DNA of 64,000 nucleotides from Chiloscyllium plagiosum (Eukaryota), in assembly GCF_004010195.1 (NCBI RefSeq), contig NC_057718.1:27401088-27465087 (forward strand). Direction: 5' to 3'. Both the position numbers and the translations under genes were made by a program. The notes under the pieces were generated by a model. The model saw only the letters and a list, made by a program, of their open reading frames with translations, was not told where the DNA came from and did not search any database. Each line of letters opens with the position of its first letter. Within the stretch, counting starts at the first letter, position 1. Below, piece after piece: positions 11,714-24,060 of the stretch.

Positions 11714-14302
11714 GTAAGTAACAGCAACTTGTTTTCAATAATAGAACTATGTTTTTTCTCTGATGTGCTTGGGGATTTGTAGATACTCAATAAATTGACA
11801 TGGTATGTAAAGGGGGAAAGCAGTAGTCACATTATGGTATGAGGAGCCATAGAGGATGGATGGATGGCATTAGGTTGCAGGGGTTGTCATGACTGGGGTA
11901 TGGGGAGTGCATGGGTATGATAGGAAGTGAGCTACAGGAACATTTTTTTATAGCTAATCTTTTTGGAAAGGTAAGATAATCTTTTGGACCAGGTCCTAGA
12001 TCACCTTTGCTGGAGGTAAAGAATTTGTTTTGGGGAATAAGGCACATTTCAAGATTATGAAAAGGCTTGCTTGTGCATAAAATGTGTTTAAACTCATTGG
12101 GATACCAAATTTTCCAAACAAATGTGTGGAGTAAAAGAAAAACAGTGTAAATAGGCACATATCGCTCTCTGTGGCTGACAACTTGAAGTAAATTCCAATG
12201 AATTGTGGTAAAGGATGATGTTACATTTAAGCACTAATGGTTTTGCTATTACCTCTTTATAATAGGTAAATGATATAATGTAACCAACAGTACAGTTTTT
12301 AAAATTGCATATATGCAGCCAATGCAACAGGTCAAGTATAATGAGATTCTATACTTGTGCATATACTTATAAATAATAGAAAAAGAAAATCATTGTGTAT
12401 ATGCCATGTGGGAAGTGAGAAATATGCTTCCTAACTTAATGAAATGTTAGTTATTGGATTTAAATTACTAAATTGGTTCCAAAGCTCTGCCATTGTAACC
12501 TACTCTTGACAACAGAGCCGTGAATAAAACATCACTGACCTACAGAGTTAGTTTGCTCTTTGACATTGTGAATAAATAAAATCATTGATATCAGATAGTG
12601 TTCTTTTGGCCAACAATTGAGCTGGATAGCTGTTTTTCACACAGCAGATGAGAGGGGCTAATCAATCTCCTTCTGTGATGTAAATCTTTATTTCTATGAG
12701 AAATCTCGCCCAGACATTGCTCTAGTGAATTTCTAAATGAACAGTGCTGTTTTCTGCCAATTCATATGAATTATTTCCGTGATATACAGTGCCATTAGGC
12801 AACATCCCATTAAACAAGTACAATCATTACATGGTTAAGATAGTGTGGATTGATGATTACGCAAGGAGAGAGAAAATCCAGAACATAAATCCAGAAATTC
12901 AGCAACTCACTAAGCCTTCTCTGTCAGCACATCCAACCCCATAACTACTACAATCTAGAAGGACAAGGGCAGCAGATACAAGTGAACACCACCTGCAAGT
13001 TCTCCTCCAAAACTCTTGATTCAGAACTGTATCGTCATTCCGTTTTACTGAATAGAAATTATGGCACCCCCTTCCTAACAGCATTATGGGTGTACCTACA
13101 CTCCCAGGACTGAAGGTGGTGATTGTGAGAGTCAGTAGCGGTTGGGATGAGGTTGATAGAAGTTTGGTAGGTATGTATCAAGGGTCGTGGTGCATCTGCA
13201 GAGTAAATAGAGTTGAATTACAGATCCACTATGATCTATTGGAATGGGAAACAGGCTGTTGACTGAGCTACTATTCTTATATTTACTGTCAGTGGTTATG
13301 TTCCGACAGTAAATATGTATCAACAATATATAGTTAGCCAAGCAGAGTTTCTGACTCAGCGGGTTAATAGATTGGAAATCGACCTTTTTCAGGTATTCTG
13401 AATTTATCCATGAATAGCATCACACCATTTATAAGAACCAAAAGAACGGTCCATTTTCTCTCTTCAGCAAATGTGGGAAAGGAGACCAGATGGCTATTTA
13501 TGTGATTGAAGTGCAAGATTGCTTTTGATTATCACTTATTTACTTGATCATTGGACTGATACGATGTCAGATAAAAGTTAATTGCTCTCAATTCTGACTT
13601 TTTGAGGCCATAAAGATATTTCAGTGTCTTTGAGTACTTAAGACTGATTGACACTGTTGCTCTATGTTACATTTATTGACTTAACTGCTAATACCTGTCT
13701 ATCAATTGTAACATATCAATTGAATTTCTCTTTTTATTGAGAAACCTGGATAAATGACTATGATCATAGATTCAGAAAAGGGCTTTTTGACCAATCGACT
13801 CAATGCCTGTCACCAAACATGCATCTATTCTAATCCTATTTTCCAGCACTTGGCCTGTCGCCATGATCAAGAGTGCAAGTCACCAACAATGTTGAGAAAA
13901 ATAAGAATGATGAAAAATCTGCTGTTTCAGTCAAACTAAGCTACATGATTTAACACTTCTGGGTTATAGGATAAAGAAAGACAGAAGGCATTAGGAGGAC
14001 CTTAGGAATCTTGAGCACTTGGGGAAAGAACAGTTTAAAGTGCATTTAAAGTTTAAAGTTCATTACGTATTGATTTCAACATACTGTAGGTATAGGGAAG
14101 AAGTGTGTATTTCAAACCAGGAGAGATAAGTGGTCAATTCACAGCAATAACAATAATTAATAACATAGGTAAAGGAAAGGGAGTTTGCATAGAGAGCTTG
14201 GAGACTGGGGCAACATGTTTTTTTTCCCCTGTGCAGTTTTAACATAGATTTTTGGGATTTGATCAATAAAGAGAAAATGTCCAAAACTTTGTTCTATTAC
14301 AG

Positions 14303-14491
14303 GGATGTTTCCTCAACAGCACTTGAGCGCTTTCCATCTTATGGATTAGAATTTATTCATAAGCTTACTGCACGTTTCACATACTCGCTGAAAAGGTTCC
14401 CATCACTGGAAAAGTTTGCTAATTTGATGAAAGCAAATTTGACATATCCCAGTCACTGCTGTGCATTCAAAAATTGGAAAAAATCAAATGG
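14303..14491 (+). CDS. LHCGR: LH/CG receptor LRR/hinge exon (equivalent to human exon 9)
   Basis: ttctattacag|G...GG|gtaagt; 189 nt, phase 2-2; [62 protein letters not shown](G), with the invariant [10 protein letters not shown]. Confidence 0.96.
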
Positions 14492-14792
14492 GTAAGTTCT
14501 TGTGATGCTGTCTCTTTCCTAACCTATGCTCCATATTAGCGATTTACAAAAGCTGTTATGATTATTGGAAATGAGCTGTTCATCAGAGTACAGAGTAAAG
14601 CAGATGCAGAGAAATGCAAAATGTCAAATCAACAGTGGACATGAATGAAATCAGTAATCCTTTATGCAATTTTAAATCCATGCCATATTGGTACAAAAAT
14701 ATTCATTTGTCAAGAGACAAACATTGCTGTATTATAGTCTTTTCTCCTGCCCTTCAAATATTTCTTTTAGTAAAGGAAGTGGCCCATAATGC

Positions 14793-15000
14793 AAGGTAAA
14801 GTTGCCAAAGTCCCATTCCCATATTGGAGAGAAACACCTAGTAGTGTGTTTAACCTGAGGATTACCATACTTCAGACGAGGGATAAGCTTGAGAAAATGG
14901 GACCTTCATGGTGAGCTCAGCTAGTACATGAATTGAATCTGCACTGTTAGTTTCTCTCTGCATCACAAACAACTATCCAGCCAACTGCACTAACTGACCC
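14793..15000 (-). mobile_element. tRNA-derived SINE, same family as 610-848
   Basis: Shared aaggtaaagt...taacctgagg...ccttcatggt...aattgaa...tccagccaac segments. Confidence 0.6.
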
Positions 15001-16362
15001 CCATGGTGAAATGCTATTCACAACAGAGATATCTGTGTTAGAGATACTATTAACCTAGCCAAGCTGTTGGGAAATAAAGTGATCCTGTCAGCTACCTATC
15101 ACATACCCTAAAAAACATCACCTTTATAATGGGTGTCTGACCAGATCCCATAATTTCTGACAGACATGTTAGGTTAAAATTATCTCCTTAATGTTCTCCA
15201 ATAACTTACCATGTTTTAAATTGTCATTGGCTTTCGGGAAGTTCATATACACTAAATAAAGTGTGTTTCCTTCATTCACTATATCAGTCAACTCCTCAAA
15301 GAAAGTTTATCAGTTTCATCAAGCAGCTTACTTTTTGACTTCTGTGTTAGCTGCTTCCAACAATTTTATCTTTATTTAGATATCCAAAACTTTAAATTTA
15401 GTTAAAACACAAATTTTTCCTAGTACAAATGACTAACTATAATTACCAACTTACAGCAGATGTTGTTGTACAGCGCTCAAGGAAGCAATTAAATGCTATT
15501 TAAAACTTTCAAGACAGTAAAGTGAAAGATAATCAAGATGTCCTGCTGTGAATGTGGCTTACAGTTCAATTAGCATTCCTTGATCACCAAGGAGAGATGA
15601 ATTTCAAAACATTTTTAACAAATTTTATCTGTCGGCTCCCTCCTTTAGAACATTGAGAGTGTTAAATCATTCAGTAGACAATAGGCATTTTCCAGTTCTG
15701 CAGTTTTAATCTGCAACATAATAAATTTCATCCTTCTTAAACTAAAGTCAAACAAATAGTGCTTAACCAGCTCACAGAGCTCTTGTGATTTTAAGTGATA
15801 AATAACTGACACCAAGATTTTACCAAGATTCACCTTTATTGTCTGTGCCCTGATCTCAGTCAGAGAAACAGTAGAACACTAAAATTCACTGCCTTAAACA
15901 GGATCAAGGAAACAATATTGATCAACTACTTACTCCTTATTACTATACCGTAACTTTTGCTAAATGAGCCGTGAGTGAATTTTGGTCAAGTATAGGATTG
16001 AGATAAGTTATTCGCTGGTTTCTTGCAAGACATGTTAAAGATTGGTATATGTGTATGTAGGATGGATGAGGGTATGTGGCCTTTGCCAAAGACTTGATGC
16101 CTTCCAGTGAGGCAGAGGCAGGGAGGAAAGAAAACAGTTTTGGATACAGTTGATTGTTCCTTTCCCTTCAGACAGAATTCCATGCCCTTATTTTTATACA
16201 ACTTTTCGAAGTCATGTGAACTTGCAACAGAAAATGTAGCTGCAGATCAGGATTTTATCACCAGCCATGAACAGAATAAGATATAGTAAGTATGGTTCTA
16301 AACATCAAAACATAAAATAACTAATCAAATGACTTTTGCTCTCCAAAAATTTTTCTTTGTAG

Positions 16363-16430
16363 GATCAGAAACATCTTAAAACACATTTCAATCTCTGTTA
16401 ACTTCATCACACATGCTTCGCATTCTACCA
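16363..16430 (+). CDS. LHCGR: candidate LHCGR hinge exon 10 (68 nt, not frame-preserving as assembled)
   Basis: ACTAAT branch-like motif, ttttctttgtag acceptor and cca|gtaaga donor; IRNILKHISISVNFIT resembles human exon 10 QNFSHSISENFSKQC. Confidence 0.45.
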
Positions 16431-17229
16431 GTAAGATCTGGGATCAGCTTAGTGTAGCAGTGTACAGTATTTCAAAAATATGGCAGCTGCAGAATATGTA
16501 ATTTTTATTTAGTTGAATATTTAGTTAGATCTTCCCTTCACCTCTATGCTTTATAAGCATCCATTAGGCTATAGCCAAAATACCACAGATAATAATACCA
16601 AGAATACTTCTAGAAAATCAAATGACCCACTACTGATCAAGTATGCAAATTGTATAGGCTACTACTAACAACAAAACAAACTCTGCTGGAGAATAGACCT
16701 AAATAAGGTATTCCACATAACCCAATTGTAAATGCTTAAAACAAAGATATACAGGAGGCTAGACTTAGAAGAAGTGGTCTTCTCAGTGCACTATAGGTGT
16801 GAATGGGCTCGTTGGTCTGCCCAAAACTTGTTAGCCTTCCAGAGCAAAGAGTTGACCCTGACTGGCACATTCCAAGGTCCAGGACTATCTACTGAAGGAT
16901 GCACTAAAACTTGGGGCAGCCGCCGCCAAGGTGCAGTGGGGAAAGACCACTGTGTGAGGTCTTCTTGCTGAAGAAAAATGAGAGTATGTTCAGTTATTGG
17001 ACCCTCCTAGTGCCTCAAATATATGTAAATATTAGTATTGTATGTGCAAGAGAGGTCTTTAGTTTTTTGGATAGAGTCAAAGTCCAATGTTTTGTTTATT
17101 TACTTGATATGCAACTGACAGAACCAAACTGCTTTTGTGACAATGTATATATACACAGACGTTTTTGAATAAAATATATTTTTGAAATAAAAAACAAAAT
17201 GAAGTGAGTGAAATAGGTAGAGGCAACGA

Positions 17230-17560
17230 CAAGGAAGTGTTGAAAACAAACTCGAGGCTTTTAAAATTGAGACAGTGCTGGACTGGGAGCCAATGCAGGT
17301 CAGTGAGAACATAGTTAATGGATGAACAGCATTTAGTATAAGATAGCATACAGGCAGTGGACTTTAGAATCAGTTCAAGTTTATGGAACATGGAGTTTGG
17401 GAGGCCTAGCAGAAGAGTATTGGAATGTTAAAGAATGTAGGTAAGAAAGGCATGGTTAAGGGTTCCAGTGAGCTGAGGTGGGGTGGAATAGAATAATGTT
17501 ACTGAGCTAGGAATAGGTAGTCTTGATAACATGGCTATGTTGTTGAAAGCTCACTTGGGA
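17230..17560 (-). mobile_element. L2-like LINE 3' fragment
   Basis: ORF 17077-17391 contains VLTDLHWLPVQHCLNFK, typical of the L2 ORF2 C-terminus; a related + strand copy lies at about 25030-25750. Confidence 0.7.
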
Positions 17561-18967
17561 TCAGAAAAGTTTCTGTCTTCCCAATATTTAGAAGAATTGG
17601 TGAGTGTAGAAATTTTCTGGGATGGCATGAATTATAATGGGTCATTTGACCTTCCTAATCACTTAATACTATGTGATCCTCTAAAATAAAATTAATTTGA
17701 ATAGACAGTTGAGTTTTACTTGAGTACACAGTAGTTCAGCATTAGTTCTAAATGCTCAGAAGAGGTTTAAAAGTGTAATTTTTAAGAAAAAGGCAGTGTC
17801 ATGTTGGGTGAATAGAGAATGCTTTTCTGTGGCTAATGCATATTATTTGAAAAAGTGAGAGAAGGACGGCGAAGGGGGGCCAGGGAGGGACTGCAAAGAA
17901 AGGAAGAGGGGTATAAAGTGAAAGGGGGAGCTGCAAAGTGATGTAAGAAGTATGCAAAATGGAATGAGGATCTGTAAAAAGGAGAGTGACTGCAAAGTGG
18001 AGTGAGGGGCTGCAGAAGGGAGTAGTTTTAAATCCTTCAACAACAGAATATTCCATGAACTGGGAACCAGGAAAAGAGAGATAATTAATTCCTTGTAAAT
18101 GAAAAAAACTTTTGAGACTGCAGAAGTTCAGAAGTTAGTATACAGGGAAAATATAGTAGTTGCTGATGCAGTCAGCACTGTGTCAATTGGGCATTATAAT
18201 ACTAAACAGTTTTATTTCATTAAGGATTGCATTCTTGTATTATCACACCTGAAAGCATCTCACATTACTTGAGGTGCAGAGACTGTGCAGCTGACAAATA
18301 TTGAACCATTTAGCTATGACATTACCAGTGCATTGGAACTTGTGCTTAGCGTGATGGCTTTTTGTATATAGAAGTGTGTGTCAGTTGTTTTTTTAATGCA
18401 TTAATAGCTAACTTATGCCTGTTGTCTTGTATCAATTTGAATGCGGAAGTGTCCAGGAAATTAATGCCTTCCTGCTGTGTTATGACTTTGGGGCCATTTA
18501 CAGAGGATACTTGGTTACCACTTCATCTGCAGACTGACCATTAAGGGAAATCCCCCTCCACAGTAGTGGCTGTTAGTTGTGGCCATTCTTTAATGCAAAC
18601 ATTTTAAATGGAAATGATGGGCACAACAGCTGAAAGACTTCTCAGATGCTGAATGTAGTATCCAGGTTTTGTGGTCATTTTCACCTTTGGTAAATATCTA
18701 AATATCATTTGACTCTATTTATAACATTATCATTTATCAATCCCTTAGGTTAACTTTTAACAAATAATATGACCTTGTCTTTTCAATGTGATAGATAAAG
18801 GAAACTGAAATCAGTTGGTGTTTTGAAATGCTACAATAACATGACTATATAAGACTACAAAACCTGAACTTCTGCAGTCTCAAAAGTTTTTTTCATTTAC
18901 ATTTTCATTTCCTTTTGTACCAATGTACTGAAAAACAGTCAATCTCTTTATCTGCTTATAGTTTCAG

Positions 18968-20237
18968 GAATGACTATTCTCATCTTAGTCTACCACCATC
19001 ACAAATTGGACAGAGGAGTTTAATGAATATTTCTGCAGGAATGAAGAAATATCCATCCTCACAGAATTATTCACACTTCCCAGAAAATAACCCTGATGAT
19101 GATTATGAAGACTTAGAAGAAATATATGAAAATGCAGTATCTTTTGATTATGGCTTTTGCCATGCAAAGGTAGACCTCACCTGTACTCCAGAACCAGATG
19201 CCTTCAATCCATGTGAAGATATAATGGGATACAACATTCTCAGAGTTCTTATATGGTTCATTAACATCCTTGCTATTCTGGGTAACATTATTGTTTTTAT
19301 CGTTTTGGTGATTAGTCAGAATAAGCTTACGGTCCCACGTTTCCTCATGTGCAATCTTGCTTTTGCTGATCTCTGTATGGGTCTTTATTTGCTACTTATT
19401 GCATCTGTTGATTTGAGCACCAGAAGTCAATATTACAACTACGCAATAGACTGGCAGACTGGAGCTGGGTGTGCCAGTGCCGGCTTCTTTACTGTTTTTG
19501 CAAGTGAGCTCTCTGTGTATACACTGATGGTAATCACCTTCGAAAGATGGCACACAATTACACATGCCATGCAAATGGACAGGAAGCTCCGTTTAAGGCA
19601 CGCTGTAGTGATTATGTTCGGAGGCTGGTTATTCTCTCTTAGTGTGGCGACACTACCACTTGTAGGTATCAGCAATTACATGAAAGTTAGCATCTGTTTG
19701 CCCATGGATATAGAAACTCCTGCTTCCCAGGCTTATGTTGTATTCCTATTGGTACTGAATGTTATTGCCTTTGTTATAATTTGCATCTGCTATATCAAAA
19801 TATATTTAGCTGTGAAAAACCCTGACTTTGTTTCTAAAAATAGTGATACAAAGATTGCTAAACGGATGGCGATACTAATCTTTACAGACTTCATGTGTAT
19901 GGCTCCAATATCATTTTTTGCTATTTCAGCAGCTTTTAAGTCACCCTTCATTACGGTGACTAATGCTAAAATTTTGCTGGTATTGTTTTATCCGCTCAAC
20001 TCTTGTGCAAATCCATTTCTGTATGCAATCTTCACAAAAGCATTCAGAAGGGACTTCTTCATCCTGTTGAGCAGGTTTGGTTACTGTGAAATGCAGGCGC
20101 AAATCTATAAAACTGACCACTCAAGCTCCAAGAGTGCCACCAAAGAAAATTCAGGTGCAGCTGTCAAGCTAACAACATTCAGTACGCATGATTTGCCAGT
20201 CAATGAAAGTGCTGAATTTTGTTGTAATGAATGCTGA
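18968..20237 (+). CDS. LHCGR: LH/CG receptor terminal exon: hinge C-part, internal agonist, 7TM domain and C-tail
   Basis: Contains FDYGFC...[36 protein letters not shown] and NPFLY; TGA at 20235-20237. The 5' boundary is uncertain (phase-2 acceptors before 18962 and 18968). LHCGR is preferred over FSHR/TSHR from the LRR exons, YGFC, IKIY, the KLTT tail and linkage to GTF2A1L. Confidence 0.93.
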
Positions 20238-21274
20238 CAACATCCATGCTGTACATTTTTTCCCCTTCTCTACTGAAGGTCTTGGCTCATGTGGGGCTGG
20301 ATTCACAGGTAATAGCAGTTATCCAGTACCTTGCCCACGTGCCCCTTTCTCAAGTATGAGCCTCGGTAACAGGCCCTTTATAAGGGCACCAGAACTGAAC
20401 CTGATTGAGTGCAAACGCTGCATATACAACCTAAGGCAAGAACTCTGGTTGATTCTCCCTTTTCTTACCCAGCTGAGGCTCTATGTAGTAGCCAATTGCT
20501 GCTCAGATTGAGATCAGTTAAGATCAACAATCAAATCTGGAACACATTCCAGCCTCATTGGCTTCTCTACCTCATGAAGAAGCACTGTTAACAAATTGAC
20601 CATTGCAGGCAACTACATACATTTTTAATTGATGAAAATGTATGCACAATCTTATTGAAAACAAAGAAGAAAACCTAGGAAATATTTTTCATTCTTTCTG
20701 TAACAGTTCATTCATACTCTAAGTTAGAATTTTGACCCCAGAGTAGGAAAACAACCTAGCAAATAGCCAGCCCTTCTAGGAGAGCAAACACAAGGCTTGG
20801 GCCATTTCAACATTTGAGCCTCATTATCATTTTTTTTATTTGCTGGTGGATGTGGGTTTCGCTGGTTGGCCAGCATCCCTAGTTGCCTTTGAGCTTAGAA
20901 TCCATCTACAGTGCCCAAAGTAGATTACTAAGAGTTTAGAGTGTGAGGGAAGTTTTGAGAATGAGGGAGTTTTGGTGATGTGAGTAACTGTAAGGAGAAG
21001 CATCCCAAATGATATCCTGCGTAACTGTGACAAAGCTAAACCAACCCTCCTCCTTGTCCTCTCTGTGACCACAGAATTCCTCTCCACTACCCTTGAGTTG
21101 GACACAACTTTTCTTCTGACTAGCCACAGTAAACGAATCCTCTGTGATATTTTCTCTACTTGCTCCCATACTGTAACTGATCTATTCTTGGTCCCTCTCT
21201 TGTTTCTCATCTACAATCTGTCCCTCATAAAATGATCCATAGTTTCCATATGGACAGTGACAATATTTAACTTC

Positions 21275-21500
21275 ATAGAATTCATAAATTCCCTACAGTG
21301 TGGAAACAGGCCATTTGGCCCAACAAGTCCACAATGACCCTCTGAAGAGTATCCCCCCAGACTCATTCCCCAACCCTATTATTTTACATTTCCCCTGACT
21401 AATGCACCTAACCTACACATCCTGAACACTATCACCAATTTAGCATAGCCAAATCACCTAACCCACACATCTTTGGACTGTGGGAGGAAACCAGAGCACC
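21275..21500 (-). mobile_element. HE1-type SINE 3' fragment
   Basis: Reverse complement of the body and tail of the 30551 SINE (gtggaaacaggccatttggcccaacaagtccac). Confidence 0.8.
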
Positions 21501-21579
21501 TGATGGTGCCTTTAAACTGTCAAACTGTCCAACAATCGATACTGGAAGAACAGAAATTTTCTCCAGCTATATACTTGGA

Positions 21580-21903
21580 TTGTTGTGGTTCTGTTCGCCG
21601 AGCTGGAAGTTTTTGTTGCAAACGTTTCGTCCCCTGGCTAGGCGACATTATCAGTGCTTGGGAGCCTCCTGCGAAGCGCTTCTTTGATGTTTCCTCCGGT
21701 GTTTATAGTGGTCTGTCCCTGCCGCAGGACAGACCACTATAAACACCGGAGGAAACATCAAAGAAGCGCTTCACAGGAGGCTCCCAAGCACTCATGATGT
21801 CGCCTAGCCAGGGGACGAAACGCTTGCAACAAAAACTTCCAGCTCGGCGAACAGAACCACAACAACGAGCACCCGAGCTACAAATCTTCGCACAAACTTT
21901 GAA
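21580..21903. mobile_element. Penelope-like pLTR fold-back element with hammerhead motifs (family B)
   Basis: 139-nt arms 21580-21718 and 21727-21865; HHR motifs at 21618-21657 (-) and 21788-21827 (+); related to the terminus of the GIY-YIG-coding element at 45297. Confidence 0.88.
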
Positions 21904-22024
21904 TTACTGGAGGCAGTGGCCCAGGATATCCCTAAGTCAAGCTGACTGGAGAGTACTCTGAAAATGGTGAGCAGGACCAGATTCCCAGGTTCTCACCTCA
22001 TTCCCACTTTTTAAAAATTCGGTT

Positions 22025-22330
22025 TTGTGGGATGTGGGTGTCGCTGGCTGGTCAGCATTTGAGGCCTGTCCCGAGTTGCCCTTGAGAAGGTGGTGGTGAG
22101 CTGCCTCCATGAACTGCTAGGGGTTGACCCACAATGCCATTAGGGAGGGGATTCCAGGATTTTAACCCAGCAACAGTGAAGGAACAGTGTTATATTTCCA
22201 AGTCAGCATGGTGAGTGGCTTGGAGGGGAACCTGGAAGTGGTGGTGTTCCATATACCTGCTGCCCTTGTCCTTCTAGATGGAAGTGGTTGTGTCTTTGGA
22301 AGGTGCTGTCTGAGGACCTTTGGTGAATTT
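22025..22330 (-). mobile_element. LINE 3' end (CR1/L2 group), recurrent family
   Basis: The same sequence recurs at about 12900-13120, 20845-20895, 26760-27040 and 27520-27650. Confidence 0.6.
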
Positions 22331-23549
22331 GTGGCAATTTTCCTGGAAACAGGATAAAGGTGTAGGCTGCCAGCCCACATACAGCACTCACACCCTTGCC
22401 AGCTCCAATGTGAGGCAAGGCAATTCAAACCCCAATGCAATTTTTATGGAGTGGGGTCCCTATGAAAAGTATTGCATCATGCCACATCAAAGGAGTGTTG
22501 AGCCATAGAGAAATCTAAATCCATTGTGGAGATCCAGAAAAAATGGCTGCCTCTTCCAGGAATTCTTTGACTGACAGGGCATTGGCATTGAAGTGCACAA
22601 AAAAAACTATATTTCGATTTTCATTAGTTAGATACTCAGTTATAAGTTAGATGCGTTCTTACTGCAGTGATTATTCATAGGGCTCTGTCTTACAAAATTA
22701 AATTGACCATTGATTCACGATAAATTACCATTGACCATTGCAGGTGTTAAGGTGCATTAGGTAGGAAAACAATGTATTTTCATTCAAAACTGTGCTTAGA
22801 ACTCCAGTGTAATGATTTGCAGCAATCTGAATGTCTACATTGAATTAAATATAAATATAAAACATATTTATATTTAAACATGTTTAAATATTTATATCAC
22901 AAACCTGATCCGGAATTCACTAAGATCTGATTATAATTTCAAACCTGCATACTCACCTCCCCCTGATATCTTTACAGCCCCTTGTTTAATAATATATCTA
23001 CCACTTCCTTAAAAATATTCAAAGATCCTGCTTCTAATATCCTTTTCATTGCCCTCTGAAGAAACAATTTCCCTAACCTTTGTTTTAAATGGGCAACTCC
23101 TAATTTTTAACGCAGTTGTCTCTAGTTCTATAATGTCCCATACAAGGAAAATCCCCTCCTTTTATCCCTTCAAGATTCGTTGCTTGGAGCAGAAAGTTTA
23201 TTTTGATAATTGAACGTATTAGGAATGTTTTTATTAAATTTCAAAAACGATCTCAGCATGGGGTTGTGTGACAGCTTAATAAAGTCTTATACATCTTTGA
23301 TGTGGTTACTAAGTGGATATTTGCTTTCTTTTACAACTGAATAATCACTGAATGGTATTTAATTGGTTTCATTGGACCTAGAGTTTTTTTTTAGTGACAG
23401 CTCTATTGAATTGTTAGATGTTTAATTTATCGTGTTTATTTCAAAGCCTTTCCAGTTTTTTTATATGGCTTCTGATGTGTGCCATAGTGGGTACCGGGTG
23501 ATATATGCAGCTCCTGGAGGGGACATGGGAACTATAAGTAAGTGTGAGA

Positions 23550-24060
23550 CCTACAGACCAAGAGACCATAGGACGTAGGAGCAGAAGCAGGCCTTTCAGC
23601 CTACTGGAGCTTGTCAAGTCTCCTAAAAACCTTGTGTGTTCCAGTAAGGTAGCATGTAGCATGTAGCATGTACACATGTTCAATCTACAAAACCTCGCCT
23701 GATAAGACAGCCCGTCCAAATCTGGTATCAGCCGTTTGAACCTTCTCTGGACTGCCTCCAATGCCATTATACTTTTCTGTAACTGAGTGTCCAAAACTGT
23801 TCACAGCATTGCAGCTGACTAGTGCCATGTATAGTTTTAGCAAGATCTCCCTACCTTTATACCCCATTCCCTTTGAAATGAAAGTCAACATTCCATTTGC
23901 CTTCGCTATGACCTGCTGAACTTGAATGCTAGCTTTTTGTGATTCATGAATGAGGACTCCCAATTCCTCTGTTCTATAGCTTTGTGCATCCTTTCTCCAT
24001 TTTAAAAATATTCAGCTCCTCTAGTCCTGCCAAAGTGCATAACCTCACATTTAATGATAA
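23550..24060 (-). mobile_element. CR1 3' fragment
   Basis: ORFs 23685-23963 and 23441-23794 (KANGMLTFI, LEAVQRRFKRLIP). Confidence 0.8.

Noticed and set aside
14614..14799. ORF containing EISNPLCNFKS, resembling the FSHR hinge ISELHPICNKS
   Set aside because: No polypyrimidine acceptor in the required phase and only a weak donor; probably chance
15457..15516. Possible phase 2-2 exon after an ACTAAC branch motif (RCCCTALKEAIKCYLKLSR)
   Set aside because: No similarity to any receptor hinge, weak pyrimidine tract and implausible Cys content
18915..18961. Treating the 440-aa ORF as a single-exon GPCR starting at 18915
   Set aside because: The start is a TTG in intron-like sequence; the ORF is the terminal exon of a spliced gene
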